A stretch of DNA of 63,450 bases, filler included, from Trichomonas gallinae (Eukaryota), in assembly GCA_008369845.1 (NCBI GenBank). It is 7 parts of 7 records of this genome, joined end to end, with 100 filler letters (N's around TTAATTAATTAA, not from the genome) between each part and the next. Parts side by side here need not be neighbours in the genome. Positions count along the whole stretch, not along the records: positions 1 to 18,018 come from MRSU01000779.1; positions 18,119 to 39,810 come from MRSU01000780.1; 5 more parts are not named here. One strand, written 5' to 3'. The position numbers were made by a program, and so were the translations under genes. The notes beneath the pieces are model-generated. The model saw only the letters and a list, made by a program, of their open reading frames with translations, did not search any database and had not been told where the DNA came from. This document shows, one piece after another, positions 10,849 through 20,898 of the stretch (position 1 is the first letter of the stretch; every line of letters begins with the position of its first letter).

Positions 10849-12342
10849 TTACACATTCAATAGATTCACGTAATGATGAATTGTAATTAATATTATTTTT
10901 AAATAATATCGATAGTTATAAACATTCAAATAGTCTGTTTCCATCTCAAGATTAATTGGACATGTCAATAACTTGGTATCAAAACCATAATTATTGCTTA
11001 TTATCATATCAGTGAAATCAGTATTATTATTTTCAACGAATATGCATTTTAATGGAGAACCATAAAAATATGATAGTTGAAACTCATTAAGACTTACCGG
11101 TAAATATAGTTCTGTTAAATTCAAATTACTTTCGAATGCATTATATTCAATTGTTTTAACATTTTTTAATTTAATTTTATATAAGTAAGATTCCCAAACT
11201 GCGAAAGTTTTTATGATGTGACAATCGAGAGTAACTATTTTTTGAGAACTTTTTGAAGCATAAAGTAATACTGCGTTATCTTTGATTGAATATAAAACAT
11301 TATTTTCTGCTTTGTAATTTTTCGAGTGGAAACTTGTTATTTCTTTTAGTCCCGTTACTGCCTCAAATTTCTCTTGATATTGCTCATCACTAAGTGTATC
11401 TACACTTCCTATTGTTAAAACTTCCAAGTTTAAATCGCATCTAAAGACTTTGTTGTTTATGGAAGATACGTGCATAACTACAAATGATTTAAGTTTATAG
11501 CAATTAGTAAAGGCATTGTTGTCAATAATATCAACATTCTTCAAATTAACTGTTAATAATTCACGACAATCTGAAAATGAATAAGATCCTATTTTGCGAA
11601 TATCAACTTTAATATTTATTGAAATTAATGAGTTTATTGATGAAAATCCATCGTTAATAATTTCATTGAACTTTGTGGTAATTTCAAGATTTTGAACATT
11701 TCTTTTTGGAAAGTATAAAATCTGTCTATCATAACTGTACAATAAATCGTTAAGAACTATAAAATTTTGGTTATCTTTATCAAGATCCCAATTTGTACAT
11801 GCAAAATTCTCAAATTTTTCAAAAGACTTTGGCAAAAATATATTGTCAATATTTGTGCCTTGAAATGCAGATTTTCCTATAAATTTGAGCTTTGATTCAC
11901 CCCCGATATGAAACACTGTTAAATTATTACAGAATTTAAATGCACTTTCTCCAATTTCCAAAACTGAATTTGGTAATAAAATTGAATAAATCTTATAAAC
12001 ACTACTGAAAGCAGAATTACCAATGGTTTTAATATTGGGTGGAAGTATTAACGATGTTATCCCATAGCAAGAATAAAATGCACTATCTAGTATTGATTCA
12101 AGTCTTGAGCAAGGAGAAAGATCAATAATTTTTAATGAATTGCAATAGTAAAAAGCACTTTCTTTAATTATTTTTAATTGTGGTGAATCTTGAAAATGAA
12201 GATTAACAAGAATGCTTGAACACCTGCTAAATCCATAACTAGCAATTGATGTTACATCATTTTCAATTGTAAAGTCGGAAGAACACTGCTCACTTTCAAC
12301 TGTAAGTTCTCTTTCATTCAATATAACTAGTATTAGAAACAT
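10849..12342 (-). CDS. BspA-like leucine-rich-repeat (TpLRR/LRR_5) surface protein (497 aa)
   Basis: Repeats of LxxIxxxAFxxCxxLxxIxLP. Short hydrophobic N-terminus and hydrophobic C-terminus. Confidence 0.9.
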   Translation of the reverse strand: MFLILVILNERELTVESEQCSSDFTIENDVTSIASYGFSRCSSILVNLHFQDSPQLKIIKESAFYYCNSLKIIDLSPCSRLESILDSAFYSCYGITSLILPPNIKTIGNSAFSSVYKIYSILLPNSVLEIGESAFKFCNNLTVFHIGGESKLKFIGKSAFQGTNIDNIFLPKSFEKFENFACTNWDLDKDNQNFIVLNDLLYSYDRQILYFPKRNVQNLEITTKFNEIINDGFSSINSLISINIKVDIRKIGSYSFSDCRELLTVNLKNVDIIDNNAFTNCYKLKSFVVMHVSSINNKVFRCDLNLEVLTIGSVDTLSDEQYQEKFEAVTGLKEITSFHSKNYKAENNVLYSIKDNAVLLYASKSSQKIVTLDCHIIKTFAVWESYLYKIKLKNVKTIEYNAFESNLNLTELYLPVSLNEFQLSYFYGSPLKCIFVENNNTDFTDMIISNNYGFDTKLLTCPINLEMETDYLNVYNYRYYLKIILITIHHYVNLLNV

Positions 12343-12639
12343 ATGCTATATAACCATTATTGTTTAATGAATTTTACAGTTCAAAACAAAAGATGCTAAA
12401 AGTTCAATAAAAATTTCTTGGATTTCTGAATTTTAAAAGGTAAAGAAAGAATTTTCAAGATTAATTTGACGATGAATGAAGAGATACAACGTTTCATGTG
12501 TAATTTTCCATATAAGATATACACTTATATTTCAAATCCTAAATTTTTAGTGTCAAATGAAAATCATGAAAAATTAATTATATTCAAAGATTGTAGTCTT
12601 ATATAACTAATCACATATATGTTGACTTTTTTAGTCCAA

Positions 12640-13852
12640 TAAATATTCATATTGTTGAATTGAATACATTATAGAGTTTATGTAATATCGATATTTGTAT
12701 ACCCCGAAATAAGCTGTTTCTTTTGTTTGGCATGCAAATAGATCTGGCTTAAAATAATAATTATCATAATGTTTTGAATAGAAGTTTTGTAATTGTTTTC
12801 AACAAAAACCCATTTTACTTGTGATTGACCAAACTGCCAAAAATGAACCTCGATGTTCTCTGGGAGATATAATTCTGTTATATACTGATTTCCATAAAAT
12901 GCTTCCTATACTATTGTTTTAACATTTTTGAAAACAATTTTATTCAGATTCGAGAAAGAAACAGCAAATCTTTTTATTACAAAACAATCAAAAGTAATTT
13001 CCTTTTGAGGACTTTTTGATGCATAAAGTAATATAGCGTTTTCTTTGATTGAGTACAAAATATATATATTTTTATCAGCTTTGAAATTTTTAGAAGTAAA
13101 ACTAGTAATTTGTTTTAATCCTTCTACACCAGCAAAGTTATATTCATTATCTATAATCGTATCAACACTTCTAATTGTTAGTAGTTCTAAATTTTCATCA
13201 CATTGAAGAATCTGTTTGTTTATAATCAAAACACGCTGAACGACAATTGACTGAAGTTTAATGCAATCTACAAAGGCAGATTCATTGATAATATCAGCAT
13301 TCCTCAATTGTACAGTTAATAATTCACGACAATCGTAAAATGCAAGCGATCCAATTATGTGGAAATCAACTTGAATGTTCACGGAAATTAAAAAATATAA
13401 AGATCCAAATCCTTCATGTACAATTTCATGAAAGTCATCCATAATTTCTAATTTTTGAATTTTTGTACATGGAAAATAAGAAATTTTTCATCATAACTAT
13501 ACAATAAATTATTTATTTTCTTTAAAATGAATGTTGTAAAAAATTTAGGGATATAACTGAAAGCAAAAGCACCATTGTTTTAATATTTGATGGAAGTCTT
13601 ATCAATGTGACACCAATACAACTATCAAATGCGCTTTCTGATATCGATTCAAGACTAGAACAAGCAGTAAGATCAATTTTTTCTAACTTTTAACAATAAT
13701 TAAAAACATATTCTTTGATAATTTGTAATTGTGACGAATCTTGGAAAAGGAAATTAACAAGTTTAGATTGACATCTCGAATAGAAAAATCAGGAGAACAG
13801 GGTATTCAGAAACAAGTTCTCTTTCATTTAATATAGTTAATAATAAAAACAT
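12640..13852 (-). pseudogene. BspA-like pseudogene, tandem paralog of 10849..12342
   Basis: Starts MFLLLTILNEREL (paralog: MFLILVILNEREL), then frameshifts and an in-frame TAA in ...KEYVFNYC*KLEKIDLTAC, an internal deletion, the 178-aa ORF fragment 12906..13442, and TAG followed by in-frame EAFYGNQYITELYLP (paralog: NAFESNLNLTELYLP). The 3' boundary is approximate. Confidence 0.85.
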
Positions 13853-14204
13853 ACTCTACGGAATTATCCTAGTTATGTGTTTCCTTGTTTACTAATATGC
13901 CATAAAATCAACTCAAAATAAAATAAAATAAAAAAAAATAATCACGATTTCTGAGCGACTCTTCTGAAAAATTTGATGGCAATTTAAATATTAAATATTG
14001 ACAACATATCATAAAATATCTACCAAAAATATAAAGTTGATATTAAATTTTTAATATATATATGATTCCAATCATATCATATTGACAACATACTATTGAA
14101 CTGCCTCAATAATAATATGATTTTTGATCATAGTTTTTGAAGAAATGAAAAATATTTGTTTTAAAATATTGTCAAAATTATAGTTTAGAAATTACAAAAG
14201 AGAT

Positions 14205-15119
14205 TTAAATATTCTGATATGGATTAATAGGTTCAATGGCTTGCTGAGGCATGCCTGGCTGCTGTGACATTTGTGGTGGTGGCTGATATAATGGTTGTTG
14301 TGGTGCATAGTATGGTGCCTGTGCATATCCTTGCTGTGGAGGAGGTGGATACATCTGTCCTTGTGGTGGAGGATAAAGCTGTCCTTGTGGTGGAGGATAT
14401 AATCCCTGCTGAGGTGGTGGATACATTTGTCCTTGAGGTGCATACAATTGTACTTGGGGTGGATACACTTGCTGTGGAGCACCACCAGGATAGCCCATAC
14501 CAGGCTGGAGTGGCTGTTGAGCTGGGGCAGGAAATTCAGCTTCTTTAGATTGTGCAGATGAAGAAGTTCCCATTGGGATTTGCAATGATGGAGACTCCTT
14601 AATAACTTTAGCTATGAAATCATCCGTCAAACGCGCTTGAGGAGCGATCGCATTCAATGCTTCGGCTTTTATTGCGGCACCAGGGACTGTATCATAGATA
14701 AATCTATTAATTTCATCAGGGATGACAACCTTAGCAGAAGAAGGTCCAGCTGCTGAGTTTAATTCTGAGAGTGCATCGATCAAAGACTTTTGTTTGAGTT
14801 TATGTTGAAGAGCGTGAAGTAAATCGATATGGTGTTGGCCTTCTGCATCAGGTTTCGATTTTTTGTAAAGATCTGCATTATCAAAAATATATCTTGCAGA
14901 AGCTTCGATAATTCTTAAAGCATTGTATGAATTATCATGTTTAACGTACTTCTCTATAAGATTTGCTATGTTTGTTGTCTTCTTTTGCGCACCTTCGCGT
15001 TTTATCAAAGCGAGAGCGCCATTTCTCTTAGACTCATTATCCTTAATGTTGTACACAAGGTATGCTATGAAAATTCTGAGCTGATCTTTGACCTTTTGCG
15101 GCTTATAACCAAATCCCAT
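14205..15119 (-). CDS. Divergent IST1-like (ESCRT-III-related) N-terminal domain plus Pro/Gln/Tyr-rich tail
   Basis: First ATG at 15119 (MGFGYKPQKVKDQLRI). Helical N-domain with IExxxxxDxxxxAxxIIE pattern resembling IST1. C-terminal YPPPQGQ repeats. Confidence 0.6.
   Translation of the reverse strand: MGFGYKPQKVKDQLRIFIAYLVYNIKDNESKRNGALALIKREGAQKKTTNIANLIEKYVKHDNSYNALRIIEASARYIFDNADLYKKSKPDAEGQHHIDLLHALQHKLKQKSLIDALSELNSAAGPSSAKVVIPDEINRFIYDTVPGAAIKAEALNAIAPQARLTDDFIAKVIKESPSLQIPMGTSSSAQSKEAEFPAPAQQPLQPGMGYPGGAPQQVYPPQVQLYAPQGQMYPPPQQGLYPPPQGQLYPPPQGQMYPPPPQQGYAQAPYYAPQQPLYQPPPQMSQQPGMPQQAIEPINPYQNI
14335..14445 (-). repeat. Coding tandem repeat (~24 nt) encoding (Q)GQ(M/L)YPPPQ
   Basis: tgtccttgtggtggaggata recurs, giving peptide QGQMYPPPQQGLYPPPQGQLYPPPQGQMYPPPP. 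Confidence 0.85.
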
Positions 15120-15160
15120 TATACTGCAATAAAAATTTTGGCAATTTTTTTCGGTGAGAA

Positions 15161-15294
15161 AAAAAAGTGTCAAAAATTCTAAAAAGTGACAAATATAATG
15201 TCAAAAATCCTTTAAAATGTCAAATAAAGTGTCAAAAATTATATAAAGCGTCAATAAATTAAAAAGTGACAAATAAAGTTGAAAAGGTGACAAA
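15161..15294. promoter_or_regulatory. Bidirectional promoter with 8 copies of AAAGTG(A/T)CAAA-like motif
   Basis: Eight AAAGTGACAAA/AAAGTGTCAAA/AATGTCAAA variants in 134 bp between divergent ATGs at 15119 and 15297. Confidence 0.7.
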
Positions 15295-15296
15295 TC

Positions 15297-16946
15297 ATGA
15301 TGCTTTGTTCAATATTAGCGATAAAACAGTGTCATCATGATTTATTTCAGCGAGGAATAGATTTAGTGGAAATAAACAGTGATTCATCAGAAACAAAACT
15401 GCACAATATAAATATTTATTTCGATTTTGATAATATGAAAAATGGAAATGATCAGTTCGCATGCAAGAATGCTGGACAAGTTATTAATTGGAATCTAACT
15501 AACGTGAATTATACCTGCGAAATAAATGATATTTTATCGAAAGAAAAAATTGAAGCATTAATTAAAACAGCTGATAATGCACGAGAATATGTAAGCAAAA
15601 GGATACAAATTAATCGCGAAATGAAACAAATTAAACCAATTATTTTTTCCGGTTTCCCAATAAATAACACATATTCGCCAAACGCTGATTTATTTGTGAC
15701 ATTATGCGTTAGACCAATACAACACCAATTTAATACAAATATTGGCTCGGTTTATAAACAAATTAAAAATGGAAGACCGATTCAAGGAGTAATTTTCATT
15801 GATCCAAAGTCAATACCAGATGTAGCACAAGGATTTGATACTTTTAATCGCGACTTATATAATAATTTGCTTCATCAAATTATTCATCTTCTTGGTTTCT
15901 CTAAAACAGTCTTTCCTCAGTGGTTAAATCGCAACACATTAAAGAATGTTTACATGGATCAATATAAAACAACATTTTACGTGATTAATTCTGAATTCAC
16001 AATAAAATTCATGAAAGACAGATTCGGAAAACCAGAAATCGAAGGAATCAATGGCATTGAACTAGAGTCATACAACGAAAGCTATACAAGTCACACATCT
16101 GGCATCACTTTTTATACAGATATCATGAATTCATTGCAATTGAAAGATCTAGTCTTTTCAGATGCAACAAAGGCCATATTAGAGAGCACAGGATGGTATA
16201 AAGTATCCGACAAAGTCGAATATTTGCCATGGGGAGACGGAAAGTCTCTAAAACAAGATAAAATGAAAGATTTTCCATTTTCTGCGCCACAAGATACTTA
16301 TCCATCGAATTATTTATGCAGTGCACATCAAACAGGAGAAGTTTGCTCATATGACTACAAAGGAAAAGCAAATTGCGCAGCTGACACAAAATTCGACTGC
16401 TCCAGTCCTAAGTTTTCTGATTTTTGCAAGCGAAACAGTTACACGAATCCAAAAGGCAGTAAAATCATTTCTAGTTATCCTCAACTCGCCTATCAGAACA
16501 TGAAGATACCCAATGGACAACTCTGCCTTAGTACTTTATCGCAAACAAATAAAAGCCACGAAAGGAAAGAATCGTTTGGTGCTGATTCTTTCTGCACGAT
16601 AGCTAATGATGGCAATGAGCAATTTGCAGGCTGTTACCAGATGTATTGCGATGATTTCGGCTTCTTATTGCTGAAAGTTGGCAAAAAGATTCATCACTGC
16701 ACTGAAGGAAAAACAATTAAGTCAGGCAAGCTTACAATAAATTGTCCACCTCCTAAGCATATCTGCGGCATAGGAAAACCAAATAACTTCTATGCAAAAT
16801 TGCTGATTTTGATTTTGACATATGCCGTTCTTTTAATGGTAATTTTAATTTCTTGCATCATTTTATGCTGCTACTGTCGTTCACTGAAGATTGCTTCTGC
16901 TGACCTTCCAGCAGATAGGACAGTCGATATACCTCTTGTAATTTAA
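15297..16946 (+). CDS. GP63/leishmanolysin-like (peptidase M8) membrane protein, probably inactive (HQIIH)
   Basis: GRPIQG, LLHQIIHLLGFS, GIELE...SH, DIM Met-turn, STGWY, LPWGDG, Cys-rich domain and C-terminal TM helix followed by CCYC. Confidence 0.9.
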   Translation: MMLCSILAIKQCHHDLFQRGIDLVEINSDSSETKLHNINIYFDFDNMKNGNDQFACKNAGQVINWNLTNVNYTCEINDILSKEKIEALIKTADNAREYVSKRIQINREMKQIKPIIFSGFPINNTYSPNADLFVTLCVRPIQHQFNTNIGSVYKQIKNGRPIQGVIFIDPKSIPDVAQGFDTFNRDLYNNLLHQIIHLLGFSKTVFPQWLNRNTLKNVYMDQYKTTFYVINSEFTIKFMKDRFGKPEIEGINGIELESYNESYTSHTSGITFYTDIMNSLQLKDLVFSDATKAILESTGWYKVSDKVEYLPWGDGKSLKQDKMKDFPFSAPQDTYPSNYLCSAHQTGEVCSYDYKGKANCAADTKFDCSSPKFSDFCKRNSYTNPKGSKIISSYPQLAYQNMKIPNGQLCLSTLSQTNKSHERKESFGADSFCTIANDGNEQFAGCYQMYCDDFGFLLLKVGKKIHHCTEGKTIKSGKLTINCPPPKHICGIGKPNNFYAKLLILILTYAVLLMVILISCIILCCYCRSLKIASADLPADRTVDIPLVI

Positions 16947-16984
16947 TAGATAATAAAGATCAATCTGTTTTTACAAATCATTTT

Positions 16985-17819
16985 TTAGTTAAAAATTTCA
17001 ATGAAAGGAATGATATAATTTAGGTTTGGCTTATGAAGCAGGCAGTTATTATTATGCTCTAATGAAGCAAGAACATTTCCGATGTTATAGCATTTTGTAT
17101 CAAGATGAAAATCAATTAATATAAATTTATCAGTTAACTTCAAATCTTGATAAGCTGAATTTGCATAGCAATTTTTGAAATTGATTTTACTTGTTGGCTT
17201 GGAGCAGTTTATCAAAAAAATATCCTCAACAGTTACTGGATTTATTCCAGAGTTCATAAAGTATTTAAGCAATTTTGAATCATTTACAAAAATCGAATCG
17301 GTTAGAAAAATATTATCTGAATAAAATTCTATAAAAGAATAATCGTTTATTCCATGCAAACATTGTGAATAATTAATATAAGATGCAGATGCAGCCGTGA
17401 AAAATCCTAAATTTCCACCACTTATACCATAGTTATAGGAACAATTATAATAATTAACATTAAATTTACCATCTTTGAAACAAATTGTGCTATCGCCAGA
17501 TTCAGATATGCTTGGTCCACATAAAGAAACTGAGCATTGCTGAAATGATACTTTTCCTAATATTGAGCTAATTACGTTTCCATAATTATTATCAGTGTGT
17601 CCATTGAAACAATAACTATAAAAATTATTAGAAATGGATACTGAACAATTATTTAAGTAAGAAGCACCGCCTTGGGCAGTTGTGGAACACTTTATAAATA
17701 AATTTCCGTAAATTAATCCAATCATGTTGCCTATCATTATTGCTCCTCCATTGCTCGTTGATTGAAGTGAATTGAATTCCGTGCAAGAAATTGAAAATTG
17801 TTTCTGCAAAAAACATCAT
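16985..17819 (-). CDS. Beta-helix / Pmp-like (GGA-motif) hypothetical protein; ATG out of frame by one base in a T6 run
   Basis: 274-codon frame with NGGAI, QGGAS, FxxC and NCSYN motifs. The nearest ATG-ATG (17819/17816) is in frame only if the following T6 run were T5. Confidence 0.6.
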
Positions 17820-17912
17820 TATTTTTGTCACTTTTCTTTAATGACTTGTCACTTTTAATTATCAACAAAAAAATTCTTTCTTATCATTTATTCATCTAAA
17901 CTAGGGATCTCG

Positions 17913-17976
17913 TTTGGCGCTAAAAGTGACGCTTTTGACGCAAGGATTTTTCTTGTTTGGCGCGGAGAAAAGTGAC
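17913..17976 (+). promoter_or_regulatory. Two TTTGGCGC (E2F-like) sites each followed by AAAAGTGAC
   Basis: TTTGGCGC-t-AAAAGTGAC at 17913 and TTTGGCGC-ggag-AAAAGTGAC at 17956. An ATG at 17987 runs into the gap. Confidence 0.5.
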
Positions 17977-18018
17977 ATTTTGCTAGATGCAGAATCGGTC
18001 CTGGGAAAATGCAAGTTG

Positions 18019-18118
18019 NNNNNNNNNNNNNNNNNNNNNNNNNNNNNNNNNNNNNNNNNNNNTTAATTAATTAANNNNNNNNNNNNNNNNNNNNNNNNNN
18101 NNNNNNNNNNNNNNNNNN
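18019..18118. other. Assembly gap spacer (100 nt, N44-TTAATTAATTAA-N44)
   Basis: The same construct occurs six times in the window. Confidence 0.98.
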
Positions 18119-18130
18119 CAAACAACTATT

Positions 18131-18195
18131 AAAATATATAATACTCACTTTTCCCGCTTCGCTTCGCTTCGCGGGAAAAGTGAGTAATATATTTT
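18131..18195. repeat. Palindromic hairpin element with (GCTTC)3 core
   Basis: Perfect 16-bp arms TACTCACTTTTCCCGC (18142-18157) and GCGGGAAAAGTGAGTA (18171-18186) around a 13-nt loop, extended by AAAATATAT/ATATATTTT. Confidence 0.9.
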
Positions 18196-18417
18196 GAACA
18201 TAGAAAAACTAGCATATAAAATGTGTATTAATAAATGAAAAATTCATCCTATAATATCAGCAAGATCTAATGATATCAACAAGATCTAATTGTTATCTTA
18301 AAATATAAAAAATATGTCAACAGAATATCAAATTTATGAAAAAATTGAAGCAGAATGTTGTATATTATCTACATCATGATATAAAATTTGGTTTAAAATG
18401 TATTAAATTTTTTATTT

Positions 18418-20898
18418 TTACATTAATATGATAACCATGTATGTGAGTATACTTCCCTTATAATATATACTGTAACAGTTTTGTGTAGCAAATCCTTCAC
18501 AAGGAAGAATGCATGTTTTAGGAAGTTTGCTTGATGAGATTAGAGAAGATATGAATTCTTTGTTGCTGTTTTCAATTTCAAGTCCACAGGTCAGACTCTT
18601 GCAATTCAGGAAAACATTCTGTCCAACAGTTTGTACACTGGCTGGTATGTTTACGTGACGAAGATTGATGCAGCCCTCGAAAGCATTGTTGCTGATAATG
18701 GTGACACTGTTCGATGGGATAAATATTGAAATGATGTTTGTGCAGCTCATGAATGCGCCTTCATTTATTGTCCTCGTTGTGCCAGGAAGTGAGAAATATT
18801 TTATTGAAGAAGCAGGAGGGAATAAAATAAGTGTTGTCATGGCAGGATCAAAGAGTCCACCTGTTAGAATTTTGAAGTTAGGACTGTCGCATGTTATTTC
18901 AGAAATCGATGAACAGTCGCGAAACACGCCAACACCAATAGACTTCAAAAGAGAATCGCTAGGAATCACAAATGTTGAAATAAATTTGCAGCCCTTAAAA
19001 GCACTGTTTCCGATTTTAGTTACACTAGATGGGAGACTTAAGTTTGTAATTGAAGTCTTTGCAAAAGATTCGAATCCAAAAGTTTGCAGATTTGGAGGAA
19101 GAATAATTTTTGTAAGTTTTTCGTTTTGTGAGAAAACTGAATCCTCAATGGAAGCAATATTAACACACATATGTAAATCCGCGATCGTTAAGCCGCAATT
19201 TTTGAAACATCCTTCACCAATTGTCGTTAGAGTAGATTGGAATGTTACTGAATTTAATTTTGTGCAACTCGAGAAACAATTCTTTTCCAAAACTGCTATA
19301 TTCTGAGGAAGAACTATTGATTGTAACGAAACACACCCTTCAAAGCATGACTCTGTAAGTGTAGATAATGGAGCGTCCATGATATTAACATCTGCAAGAT
19401 TGATACAATCTAGGAAACTTTGTGAATTGATTTCATTTAATGCGGTGCTAGTGAAAGCCGTAAGACCATTACATTTACCAAAAGCCAATTTTCCGATAAA
19501 TTCGATAGTATAAGGCAAACCAATGAATTTCATATTGATACAGTTGTAGAAACATCCATCATTTAAGCGTCTTAAAACAGAATTTGGAGGGAAAGTTATC
19601 GAACGAATATTAGTAAAATCTCTAAATGCATATTGGTTAATTACAGACACAGTAGGTAAAATATTGATATCTACTTCAGTATTTGGACCAATATATTGGT
19701 TGATTGTTGTGTTACTTTTATCAAGGACCAGAACTTGATCTAAAATATATAAGTTAGAATTATTTCCGAATTTTAAGACTGTAATAGCACTGCATATTTT
19801 ACCCCCAAGACTTTTCAAGCCATCAGGAAGAACGATTTCTTTCAAATTCCAACAGAGAAGGAAACAGTTTGTGTCAATGAATGTTACACTAGAAGGAATT
19901 GTTATTTGGCTGATTGCTGTGTTTTGGAAACACCCGTTATTCAATGTTGTTAATCCACTGGGAAGAACAGCATTTGTCAAAGATGTGCATTCTAGAAAAA
20001 CAGCTCCGCCTAATGATGTCACGGAATCAGGAATTGTTATGCTGACTATTTTTGACCTTGTAAAGCAATAATTATTTATCGATTGGACTGTTGAAGGAAT
20101 ATTAACATATTTGCAAATTGTATCAGCAAATGAAGCAACTTCCAAAAGAACAATTTTATCAGGAATATTAACAGTTTCGAGATTGATTTTCGGTGGGCAG
20201 GCAACAACAGATTTTGTATTCTTGTTAATCAATAAATTATTTTGAACGATAAAAAATGAGCTTTGAGATTCAATTGTTTCTACTGATGATAGCTCAAAAA
20301 CACCTGCATCGATTGAGTTAACTTTTTCCGTGATTAAAAATGATTTTATTTTTGTCATATATATTGCCCAATATCCTATTGTTGTTATATTACTATCGTA
20401 TTGAATGTTAAGCGTTGTAAGCTGCTCGCAATACCAAAATGTTTTAATAGGAAAATTCGTCACGGATGATGGAAAAGTGAATGTTTGGATCGATGTTTTG
20501 CTAAAAATTCCTTCACCAAGAGTTGTGATTCCTTCAGGTAAAAGAATGGACGTGCATTGAATGCAGTATGAAAACGCGTATGCATCAATTAATCTTAGCT
20601 TCGTACATGGGCGCAGATCTACTAAATTCAGAGATGTACAGTTGTAAAATGCGTATTTTTGAATGGTTTCAAGTAGAGGATCATCTTGGAATGAGAATGA
20701 AATTAGTGTTGATGAGCATGGTTTTAGTGCATAATCGCTTGGGCTTGATCCAGAAATGAATTTTGCATTTTTGTTGATTTTAAGTGTAGCAATGTTTGTT
20801 TCAGTAGAGGAGAGATAAGATTGATCAGATGGATATAGTCCACCTCCACCATCACCAGAAGAAGAAGAAATTTACAGCTGAAGATTGGATTCAACCAT
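18418..20898 (-). pseudogene. Long BspA-like LRR gene with disrupted 5' end (open frame of ~817 codons, in-frame TAA at codon 9 after ATG 20898)
   Basis: Many TpLRR repeats. The frame stays open and BspA-like for 136 codons upstream of the GTG at 20463 (…TLISFSFQDDPLLETIQKYAFYNC…) up to TAA at 20874-20872. The upstream in-frame ATG is at 20898. Confidence 0.7.

Noticed and set aside
15120..15173. TTG-started extension of the IST1-like ORF
   Set aside because: Non-ATG start inside the promoter motif array; eukaryotic initiation at ATG 15119 is more plausible.
18063..18074. TTAATTAATTAA palindrome repeated six times
   Set aside because: Always centred in N runs of fixed length; an artificial all-frame stop linker, not biology.
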